From Pyrobaculum sp. (GTDB lineage: Archaea > Thermoproteota > Thermoprotei > Thermoproteales > Thermoproteaceae), in the NCBI GenBank assembly GCA_046293555.1, contig JBKBOT010000001.1:1-13645 (forward strand): DNA of 13,645 bases, written 5' to 3'. This document shows, piece by piece, positions 1 through 7,115 of the stretch; within the stretch, counting starts at the first letter, position 1, and the number at the start of each line of letters is the position of its first letter. The notes under the pieces were generated by a model. The model had not been told where the DNA came from and did not search any database. It saw nothing but the letters and a program-made list of their open reading frames with translations. The translations under genes were made by a program, and so were the position numbers.

Positions 1-101
1 GGATATGTGCCTCTATCTATCTCCCGCGCCATAGGCCTAACTGTGCTGTCTACAAACTCTCTAATAGTCTTGACTATTAGCTTGTGTTCATCTGTAAGCA
101 T
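1..101 (-). CDS. Acyl-CoA dehydrogenase, N-terminal part (runs off the left edge of the window)
   Basis: Not in the ORF track. Manual translation from ATG at 101 gives MLTDEHKLIVKTIREFVDSTVRPMAREIDRGTYP, the typical ACAD N-terminus (LTxExxxxxxTxRxFxxxxxxPxAxExD...P). An AT-rich promoter-like stretch lies at about 102-127. Confidence 0.85.
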   Translation of the reverse strand, partial: MLTDEHKLIVKTIREFVDSTVRPMAREIDRGTY

Positions 102-127
102 ATAGATATTTCTATGTTATATTATTT

Positions 128-412
128 GTGAGATGTTGGTGGATTCGTCTACTAGAAGGCCTCTCGGCGGCGTTAGCAGGGGGCAGACCAGTGGAGGCCG
201 CTTGTGTTACCGGAAAGGTGAGGGTAGAAAATAGGTGGTTTTTCGAGGTAGAGGTGTGTGTGGCCACATATCTCCAAGAGCCTGTATTTAAGGAACTGGG
301 GAGTATCAGAATGGGTGAGGCCGTAGAGGCCCATGTAGAGAACTGTGAAAAAACAGTAATACATTTAAAACACCCATGTCGTAGTTTATATCCGCTATCG
401 CCCTCCCTTTAA
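128..412 (+). CDS. Possible small hypothetical protein (94 aa) or gene remnant
   Basis: GTG-start ORF divergent from the ACAD gene, with purine-rich coding-like composition in its middle. No family recognised. Confidence 0.3.
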   Translation: MRCWWIRLLEGLSAALAGGRPVEAACVTGKVRVENRWFFEVEVCVATYLQEPVFKELGSIRMGEAVEAHVENCEKTVIHLKHPCRSLYPLSPSL

Positions 413-728
413 AATCTCAAGCCACATGTCTAGAGACATATCCAATATGTTGAAGATACTCACAGCAGTAATCCCCACGTCGTATTAGGGTTTCTGACCT
501 ACTCTGGATAGCCCTGACACCTAGAAAGAAAAATTGTCGCCTGTTTCGCCTTTATGAAGCATCGTGGCACGGCCAAATGTGCGCTCTTTGCGTCGGCCGC
601 GGCCAGTGGCCTCATGAGTGAGAGAGAGGAAACCTCACGTCTAAATAGCCCAAAAAGGCCGGAATATTAGACACGGGCAACCACCTACTGGCGTAGCTAA
701 ATAGAGTTCTGTACTACTGGCGTGGGCG

Positions 729-2600
729 CTATTGTTGTAACGCCCTTTTTATCTCCTCTACCGCAGTTGGGTTCTCTAATGCCGAAAGGTCGCCCGGGCT
801 CTTGCCTGTCAATATAGCCTTCACCACCCTTCTCATTATCTTGGCGTTTCTGGTCTTGGGGAGCTCTTTAATGAAATAAATTTCTTCCAGGGCGCCATAC
901 GCCTTGCCGAGAGTCCTTTCGGCAAGCCCCGTCAGCTCTTTTTTAAGCTGTGGCGTGGGGATGTGGCCTGGCTTTAGTACTACAAAGGCCACAGGTACCT
1001 CTCCCTTTAGCGGGTCTGGCTTACCCACTACTGCAGATTCAGCCACGGCGGGATGTGTGTTTAACACAGACTCTATCTCCGCCGGCCCGAGGCGTTTTCC
1101 AGCTACTTTTATCGTGTCGTCTGTCCTCCCCACTATGTAGAAATAGCCGTCTTGATCCACCACTGCCGCATCGCCATGCGCCCAGACGCCAGGCCATTTA
1201 GACCAGTAGGTATCTAGATAACGTTGTGGGTCTCGCCAAAAGCCGCGGGTCATTCCCGGCCATACTGAGAGCACTACTAGCTCTCCCTCTACCCCCGGCG
1301 GGGCTGGCCTCCCCTCTTCTGTAAACACAGCCGCATGTATGCCGGGAGATGCGCCATTAAAGGAAGTGGGCTTTATGGGCTTGACGACATAACAGCCAAG
1401 TATGCCGCCGGAGATCTCGGTGCCGCCGGAGTAGTTTATGATGGGGATACGGCCTCTGCCGGCTTTGTGTAGCCAGAGCCATGTCTCCAAGTCGATAGGC
1501 TCTCCCGTATTTCCAAAAGACTCCAGGTGATCTAAGCCAAAGGGCTCCGCCCCTATGGCTCTGAGGTGTCTGCTGAGAGTTGCCGCCATGCCGAGAGCCT
1601 TCACCTTATTTCTCTCCACGAAGGCCCAAAGCCTCTCTTTTGGATAGTCCGGCGCCCCCTCGAAAAGGGCCATGGCTGCCCTTAGTAAATACGACGAGAA
1701 GACAAGCCAAGGCCCCATCATCCAGCCCATATCTGTAACCCACGTAAAGACGTCGCCTTGCTTTATGTCAAAATGGAAGTAAACATCTGCAGCGGCTTTT
1801 ATGGGGAAGCCGCCATGGACATGGACAGTAGCCTTAGGCCTGCCGGTAGTGCCTGAGGTGTATATAAGCATCATGGGGTCTTCCGCCTCTGTTTTCTCCA
1901 CGTGGTCTCCCCCAGTCTTAAAGACCTGGCTAAGGTCTATGTAACGACTCTCTCTAGCCCGGCTGTGGAGGACTACCTGTATGCCATGTGGTAAGGCCGC
2001 CTCTAGTTCTGTCAACATGTCTATCTCTTTGCCTCTACGGTAGGAGACATCTGAGGCGAAGACGAACTTAGCCTGGCTATCCTCCAGCCTCACCCTAATG
2101 GCCTCTCTGCCAAAACCGCTAAAGAGGGGGACAAAGATGCCGCCGGCCCTAATTATGCCCAACATTACTGGCACTATTTCTGGCACCATGGGCATATAGA
2201 CGGCGACCCGGTCTCCCTTCTGGAGGCCGTTTTTCTTAAGCCAAGAGGCCACGGCTTTAGCTAGGTAAAGAGCCCTGCTGTAAGACCACGTCTGGACCTC
2301 CCCGCCTTCTCCCTCCCATATTACCAACGGGGCCGCGTTGTCGTCAAGCTGGTCTGCTATATTTAAAAAGCCTCCTACAAACCAGCGGGGCCATTGAGGC
2401 CCCCCGCTGAGATCCAACACGCTGTGGTAACGTCTTATCCACTTCAGTCTTATATGTCGTTCAAACCATTCCCAAAACTCCTCCGGCTTTTGGTATGTAT
2501 ACTTCATAAAGTCCTCTAGTGTGAAACCACGTTCTGTCATGAAGACCCCCACGTTAGACCTCTCTAGGTGGTAAACTTCTGGCCTCCAGGCGTTTGCCAT
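729..2600 (-). CDS. AMP-forming acyl-CoA synthetase (acetyl-CoA synthetase-like ANL family)
   Basis: Adenylation motifs YTSGTTGRPK, YSGGTE, HGD, GRTDD-x2-KVAGKRLGPAEIE and the C-terminal PKTRNAKIMRR catalytic Lys motif. 623 aa. Confidence 0.95.
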   Translation of the reverse strand: MANAWRPEVYHLERSNVGVFMTERGFTLEDFMKYTYQKPEEFWEWFERHIRLKWIRRYHSVLDLSGGPQWPRWFVGGFLNIADQLDDNAAPLVIWEGEGGEVQTWSYSRALYLAKAVASWLKKNGLQKGDRVAVYMPMVPEIVPVMLGIIRAGGIFVPLFSGFGREAIRVRLEDSQAKFVFASDVSYRRGKEIDMLTELEAALPHGIQVVLHSRARESRYIDLSQVFKTGGDHVEKTEAEDPMMLIYTSGTTGRPKATVHVHGGFPIKAAADVYFHFDIKQGDVFTWVTDMGWMMGPWLVFSSYLLRAAMALFEGAPDYPKERLWAFVERNKVKALGMAATLSRHLRAIGAEPFGLDHLESFGNTGEPIDLETWLWLHKAGRGRIPIINYSGGTEISGGILGCYVVKPIKPTSFNGASPGIHAAVFTEEGRPAPPGVEGELVVLSVWPGMTRGFWRDPQRYLDTYWSKWPGVWAHGDAAVVDQDGYFYIVGRTDDTIKVAGKRLGPAEIESVLNTHPAVAESAVVGKPDPLKGEVPVAFVVLKPGHIPTPQLKKELTGLAERTLGKAYGALEEIYFIKELPKTRNAKIMRRVVKAILTGKSPGDLSALENPTAVEEIKRALQQ

Positions 2601-2619
2601 TAGGATATCTCTATTGGGA

Positions 2620-2628
2620 TTTTTAAAA
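2620..2628 (-). promoter_or_regulatory. Putative TATA box of the acyl-CoA synthetase gene (leaderless)
   Basis: TTTTAAAAA lies 20-28 bp upstream of the ATG at 2600. Confidence 0.6.
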
Positions 2629-2667
2629 GCTGTAACGTTGGCGGGTTAGCCGTCTTGAAGCCATCGC

Positions 2668-3696
2668 CTACCAGAATTGTACCACTCTGTAGAAATTGTC
2701 GCGTTCCGCTGGGATATATCCAGCGGCTTTTATGATTTCAATCACGTCGGCTCTTCTATCTATTGGAGCCTCAGCTCTCTTCCACTCTAACACTTTCTCC
2801 TCGTATAGAGTCCCCCCGAAGTCATCAGCGCCGAAATACATGGCCAGCTGGGCGGCTTCAGGCCCGGTGGTGAGCCACCCCGTCTGTATGTGGGGTATCA
2901 AGTCTTTAAACACAATACGTGCTGCTGCCACTATTCTGAGAAGTGTGGCGGAGGTCTTGGGATACGGGATTTTTTCCCCCAGCTTGCTCCCCCCCGGCTC
3001 GAAGTTCCACGCGATAAAGGCCATAAAGCCCCCCGTCTTTTTTTGAAGCTCGGCAATTTTGTACATATGTGTGGCTATATCCCCCAGTGTCTCCACATGG
3101 CCATACATCATGGTGGCTGAGGTGGGGATGCCCGCCTTGTGGGCCTCCTCCATAATTCTCAACCACGTCTCCGTGTCGATCTTTTTGGGCGAGATCTCCT
3201 TCCTCACTCTATCCACAAGAATCTCGCCGCCGCCCCCCGGCATAGACTCCATACCTGCCTCCCTGAGTCTTTCCAGCACTTCTCTATAGGTGGCCCTCTC
3301 TCTTCTAGATAGATATTCCACCTCGAGGGGGGAGAGGGCGTGGATGGCAATATGTGGGGCCTTGGCCTTAATTCCCCTAAATAACTCCTCAAAATACTCA
3401 ATGCCCACCTCTGGGTTTATGCCGCCTTGAATTAACACCTGTCTAACGCCGTGTGTAGCATCTACCTCAAGCACCTTTTTTACCGCCTGTTCTACCGTAT
3501 AGAGGTACCCCATGCGTGGGGGGCGATAGAAGGCACAGAAGGAACATTCTACCACACAGACGTTAGTGTAGTTAAGAATCATGTTTGAAATAAATGTGGT
3601 GACGTTGCCGTAGGTAGATTTCCTGATGGCATATGCCCGCCTCCCCAACGTCCAGAGATCTTCCTGAAGGATCTCCAAGATCTCTCTGGGGCCCAC
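2668..3696 (-). CDS. mqnC: Cyclic dehypoxanthine futalosine synthase (radical SAM, CofH/MqnC family)
   Basis: NYTNVCVVECSFCAF (CxxxCxxC), LIQGGINP, SMPGGGGEIL, SATMMYGHVET, TGGFMAFIAW and GADDFGGT motifs. Adjacent to mqnE and mqnA. GTG start. Confidence 0.88.
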   Translation of the reverse strand: MGPREILEILQEDLWTLGRRAYAIRKSTYGNVTTFISNMILNYTNVCVVECSFCAFYRPPRMGYLYTVEQAVKKVLEVDATHGVRQVLIQGGINPEVGIEYFEELFRGIKAKAPHIAIHALSPLEVEYLSRRERATYREVLERLREAGMESMPGGGGEILVDRVRKEISPKKIDTETWLRIMEEAHKAGIPTSATMMYGHVETLGDIATHMYKIAELQKKTGGFMAFIAWNFEPGGSKLGEKIPYPKTSATLLRIVAAARIVFKDLIPHIQTGWLTTGPEAAQLAMYFGADDFGGTLYEEKVLEWKRAEAPIDRRADVIEIIKAAGYIPAERDNFYRVVQFW

Positions 3697-3744
3697 GTCT
3701 CTTATGTTTTGGCTATAAATTTAAAATAGAGACGTTGTAGCCAC
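3697..3744. promoter_or_regulatory. Bidirectional promoter region for mqnC and mqnE-mqnA
   Basis: 48-bp gap between divergent GTG starts. The central TATAAATTTAAAA (3714-3726) gives TATA-like boxes on both strands at suitable distances. Confidence 0.65.
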
Positions 3745-4821
3745 GTGTTGAAAACTGCCGACATAGTCGAGATGGCTCTTGGCGGGCTTACTAGAAGAGA
3801 CGCGGAGTTCTTAATGGACGAAGCCGACATCTTTGTACTAGCTGACGCCGCCCATCAAATCACCAGGAAATACTTCGGCGACGTGGTGACATTTGTAAAC
3901 AACGTGGTGGTAAATTATAGCAACATCTGTGTGGCTAAATGCCCCATATGTGCCTTCTATAGACTCCCGGGACATGTGGAGGGGTATGTAAAGACGCCAC
4001 AAGAGGTGGCTGCGTTAGTAGAACAGTTTGTAGAAAGATTTGGAGTGACGGAGTTACATATAAATGGCGGCTTCAACCCATTTCTCACACCGGAGTATTT
4101 CGACGAGCTTTTCAAAACTGTAAAAAAGAGGGCTAGGGTGGTAATTAAGGGCCCCACCCTGGCGGAGGTGGAGTATTACGCCTCCCTCTGGAGGACAAGT
4201 GGGAGGGAGGTGCTTTCCCGCTGGAGGGAGGCGGGGCTAGACGCCATATCTGGCGGCGGCGCCGAGGTGTTTACAGAAGAGGTGAGAAAGATGGTGGCGC
4301 CCCACAAGATATCTGGGGAACAGTGGATAGAAGCCGCCAAGACAGCTCACGAGCTCGGCATACCCACTAACGCCACGTTGCTTTACGGACATGTGGAAAG
4401 CCCCCGGCATGTGGTAGACCACATATTTCGCATAAAGGAGCTACAGGAGGGGACCGGGGGCGTCCTGTTGTTTATACCTGTGAAGTACAACCCGGCAAAC
4501 ACCGAGCTGTATGTAAAGGGGGTTGTCAGACGGCCGGCGCCATCTATCTACGACCTAAAGGTGGTCGCCATCGCCAGGTTGGTACTACTAGATAAACTCA
4601 AGGTGGCTGCCTACTGGCTCTCTGTGGGCAAAAAGCTAGCCTCCACATTACTACAGGCCGGCGCCAACGACCTGGTGGGCACAATGTATAACGAGTCTGT
4701 GTTGTATTCAGCTGGCGCCAGACATACAGCGACGGTACAAGAGCTGGCCGCCATTTCGCTAGAGGCCGGGAAGAGACCTGCCCTGAGGGATACCTTCCAT
4801 AGGGATCTCAAGCTCATATAG
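3745..4821 (+). CDS. mqnE: Aminodeoxyfutalosine synthase (radical SAM, CofH/MqnE family)
   Basis: NYSNICVAKCPICAF (CxxxCxxC), TELHINGG, GGGAEVF, NATLLYGHVES, FIPVKY, AYW and GANDLVGT. The ELHI and AYW motifs favour MqnE over MqnC. Directly upstream of mqnA. Confidence 0.85.
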   Translation: MLKTADIVEMALGGLTRRDAEFLMDEADIFVLADAAHQITRKYFGDVVTFVNNVVVNYSNICVAKCPICAFYRLPGHVEGYVKTPQEVAALVEQFVERFGVTELHINGGFNPFLTPEYFDELFKTVKKRARVVIKGPTLAEVEYYASLWRTSGREVLSRWREAGLDAISGGGAEVFTEEVRKMVAPHKISGEQWIEAAKTAHELGIPTNATLLYGHVESPRHVVDHIFRIKELQEGTGGVLLFIPVKYNPANTELYVKGVVRRPAPSIYDLKVVAIARLVLLDKLKVAAYWLSVGKKLASTLLQAGANDLVGTMYNESVLYSAGARHTATVQELAAISLEAGKRPALRDTFHRDLKLI

Positions 4822-4823
4822 CT

Positions 4824-5546
4824 GTGTTAGTAGCGAGGCTTAAGTACTCACACAGCGACCCCCTCTTCTTTAGATCTGGGCTGAGGGCCGTAGAGACGTC
4901 TAACCTAGGGTCTATAAACCTCCTTCTCTCTGGCGCAGTCTGTTGTGGATTTACGCCAGTCACGCTCGCCGCACTCCACGGCCTCCCGGTGGTGGCCAGG
5001 GTGGCTATCTATAGCGACGGGCCGGTGTTGTCCTCCAGGCTGTTTAAGGGCTCTGGAGCGGGCTATGCGGCGGTGGAGGAGACTACCGTAAGCGCCATGG
5101 CGTTAAGGGCGGCGTTGGGGATAGAGTTTAAGACCGTCAAGACGCTAGACGGCACGTTTGAGCGTTTTGGGGGCGTCCTCGTAATTGGAGACGACGCCCT
5201 GAGGCTTGTAGACAGGGGGGCGCCCCACCTGGCGGACGTGGGTGAGGTCTGGCGGGAGAAATTCAGCCTCCCTCTGGTATATGCCGTGTTTGTCGCCTCC
5301 CCCAAGGCGGCGAGAGGAGAGGTTCTACAAGCCGTAGAGGCCATAGAGAACTCCCTGGCTTATTTTTACGAAAACCCACAGCCCGTTGTGGAGGCAGTAG
5401 CCAGGAGGCTATCTATATCGAGGTCTCTAGCTGAGCGTTACTTCCAGTCTATACGATATATGGCTTCACCCCGCGTGGTGAGAGGCCTAGAGCTAGAGAC
5501 AAAGGTGCTGGGGCTTAGAGACGTCCAGTTTTTTGAATATATATAG
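4824..5546 (+). CDS. mqnA: Chorismate dehydratase (MqnA/MqnD/SBP family)
   Basis: SDGPVLSS, LVIGDDAL and DVGEVW-x5-LPLVYAVF motifs are typical of MqnA. IGD rather than MqnD-type IHE. Starts 2 bp after the mqnE stop. Confidence 0.85.
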   Translation: MLVARLKYSHSDPLFFRSGLRAVETSNLGSINLLLSGAVCCGFTPVTLAALHGLPVVARVAIYSDGPVLSSRLFKGSGAGYAAVEETTVSAMALRAALGIEFKTVKTLDGTFERFGGVLVIGDDALRLVDRGAPHLADVGEVWREKFSLPLVYAVFVASPKAARGEVLQAVEAIENSLAYFYENPQPVVEAVARRLSISRSLAERYFQSIRYMASPRVVRGLELETKVLGLRDVQFFEYI

Positions 5547-5564
5547 CCCCGCAATGGGGGGTTT

Positions 5565-5903
5565 GTGGATTTAGCAGAGCTTGTGAAGATACAGGTGGAG
5601 TTTTCTAGAGAGAAATTTCCACAGTTTTGGAATATTTCTGACGAGAGGGAGCTGGCGCTTAGGCTGGAGTACTTAACCAACGCGCTAGCTGGCGAGGTGG
5701 GAGAGGCGGCAAATTTGGTGAAAAAGGTAGTGAGAGGCGTTGTCTACAGCCACGGGGAGGTGAGGCTAGAGGATGTGAGAGAGGAGCTAAAGGAGGAGAT
5801 AACAGACGTCTTTATATACACGCTGACGTTAGCAGGGCTTTTGGGGATAGACCTGGAGGATTCCTTTTTCAAAAAGCTGGAGAAAAACAGGAGGAGATTT
5901 TGA
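5565..5903 (+). CDS. MazG-like all-alpha NTP pyrophosphohydrolase (house-cleaning)
   Basis: Metal-binding motifs LAGEVGEAA (ExxE) and EEITD (ExxD), plus C-terminal GIDLE...KKLEKNRRRF. TATATATA at 5538-5545 upstream. Confidence 0.9.
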   Translation: MDLAELVKIQVEFSREKFPQFWNISDERELALRLEYLTNALAGEVGEAANLVKKVVRGVVYSHGEVRLEDVREELKEEITDVFIYTLTLAGLLGIDLEDSFFKKLEKNRRRF

Positions 5904-5905
5904 CC

Positions 5906-5952
5906 GGAGTCCCCCCAACGGAGGCCCTGCGGCCCTCTAGGGAGAGCGATCC
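5906..5952 (-). other. GC-rich stem-loop between convergent genes (terminator, 3' UTR structure or small RNA)
   Basis: Minus-strand RNA GGAUCGCUCUCCCUAGAGGGCCGCAGGGCCUCCGUUGGGGGGACUCC folds by eye into a long interrupted hairpin. Confidence 0.35.
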
Positions 5953-5973
5953 TACATGTATGTACACACGGCC

Positions 5974-6276
5974 TTAAATACCTTCCGCCTTTGCGATCTT
6001 TTCCTCTATGTAAAGCTCCTTGTCTATCCTCCTGTCGATTTTTATTGTGTATAAAATCCTCTGTGCCCCCATTTCCCGCAGCGTGTTTTCAATAGTCTCG
6101 AGGAGTTTAGACAGCTGTTGGTAGGAGTCTATCTCCACATCTGTAAACCCCGCACCAGTTCTGTACTTCAAGCCGGCTTCCCGCACCACTTCAACCACCT
6201 TTTTGACATATTGCGAAACGCTTGTAGAGCACGTCCCCAGGGGGACTACTGAAAAGCTTACAACCATTTTAGCCAT
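5974..6276 (-). CDS. MTH1187/YkoF-like thiamine-binding protein family (DUF77)
   Basis: SFSVVPLGT-x2-SVSQYV...GLKY...TDVE...GAQRI-x2-IKIDRR pattern. 100 aa. Confidence 0.9.
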   Translation of the reverse strand: MAKMVVSFSVVPLGTCSTSVSQYVKKVVEVVREAGLKYRTGAGFTDVEIDSYQQLSKLLETIENTLREMGAQRILYTIKIDRRIDKELYIEEKIAKAEGI

Positions 6277-6307
6277 GTGGGATATATATACAGTTTAAAT
6301 ATTGTTT
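6277..6307. promoter_or_regulatory. Compact bidirectional promoter
   Basis: TATATATA (6283-6290) is placed for GTG 6308, and TTTAAA (6294-6299) is placed for ATG 6276. Confidence 0.55.
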
Positions 6308-7111
6308 GTGAAGAGAGTCTCTACAGGCATAGAGACGTTAGATAAAGCAGTCGAGGGTGGGTTCCCACAGGGCTCCTGGGTTGTGGCCACTGGAGAGCCT
6401 GGAGTCGGCAAAAGTATTTTATGTATCCACTTCGCCTACGCGGGGCTAAAGGCTGGAGACCCCGTGGTGTATGTAACTACCGAGCAGGAGTTTAGAGATG
6501 TGGTGGAACAAGCTAGACAACTCGGCATGGACATCTCGCAGTTTTCTATCTACAACATAGCCTGGAAGAAACAGCCAGAGGAACTTCCAGAAATTGTGGT
6601 AATAGATATCTTCGGCCTCCTCAAGGTGGCCAGGCAGCTAACTGAAAAAGCCAGGGCGGAGAGCCCAGAGAAAGTCCGGAGGTATGCCGCCCTCTCTGTG
6701 GACACCCTGATAGAGGCAATAAACGAGAGCTATGAGATTCTGGCTGTAGCCAAGGAGAGGGGGACCCCCGAGAGACACGTCCGCCTTGTGATAGACTCCA
6801 TGTCTGCCTTCTGGGTGGACAGGCCGGTGATGGCCCGTAAGTATTCCTACCAGCTCAAAATTGCCACACATAGAGAAAACGTCACGGCGTTGTTAACAAG
6901 CCAGTACGCCCCAACGACAAGGCAGGCCTATGGGTTTGGCCTTGAACATATCGCAGATGGGGTAATCCACATGTGGATGGACGACGTAGAGGCCGCAAAG
7001 GAGGTTCGGCGGTGGCTAATCGTAAAGAAAATGAGGATGACAGCCCACGCCACCAGGGCGTATAGGGTGAGGATAGAATCTGGAAGAGGCATAGTCCTAG
7101 AAAACCTATGA
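6308..7111 (+). CDS. Single-domain KaiC-like / RAD55-family RecA-fold ATPase
   Basis: RVSTGIETLD, Walker A GEPGVGKS, YVTTEQ, Walker B RLVIDS, LEHIADGVI and KKMRMTAH. GTG 6308 is preferred to TTG 6302 on TATA spacing. Confidence 0.92.
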   Translation: MKRVSTGIETLDKAVEGGFPQGSWVVATGEPGVGKSILCIHFAYAGLKAGDPVVYVTTEQEFRDVVEQARQLGMDISQFSIYNIAWKKQPEELPEIVVIDIFGLLKVARQLTEKARAESPEKVRRYAALSVDTLIEAINESYEILAVAKERGTPERHVRLVIDSMSAFWVDRPVMARKYSYQLKIATHRENVTALLTSQYAPTTRQAYGFGLEHIADGVIHMWMDDVEAAKEVRRWLIVKKMRMTAHATRAYRVRIESGRGIVLENL

Positions 7112-7115
7112 GGCG

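Noticed and set aside
173-364. 63-aa minus-strand ORF
   Set aside because: Atypical composition, no motif, and it lies antisense to the 128-412 ORF.
593-638. Minus-strand C/D-box-like layout GTGAGG...CTCA TGAGG...CCGA
   Set aside because: The boxes are degenerate, D' lacks GA, there is no D'/C' loop or terminal stem, it spans only 46 nt, and I could not match the guides convincingly to rRNA from memory.
729-2600. MenE (o-succinylbenzoate-CoA ligase) because it sits next to menaquinone genes
   Set aside because: The futalosine route does not use MenE, the protein has Acs-like length and N-terminus, and it has its own TATA.
2668-4821. CofH/CofG (F420) assignment for the radical SAM pair
   Set aside because: The adjacent mqnA and the MqnC- and MqnE-type motifs favour the futalosine pathway.
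6308-7111. Circadian clock or RadA/RadB call
   Set aside because: Single domain, no kaiA/kaiB nearby, no ST phosphosites, and no RadA N-terminal domain.
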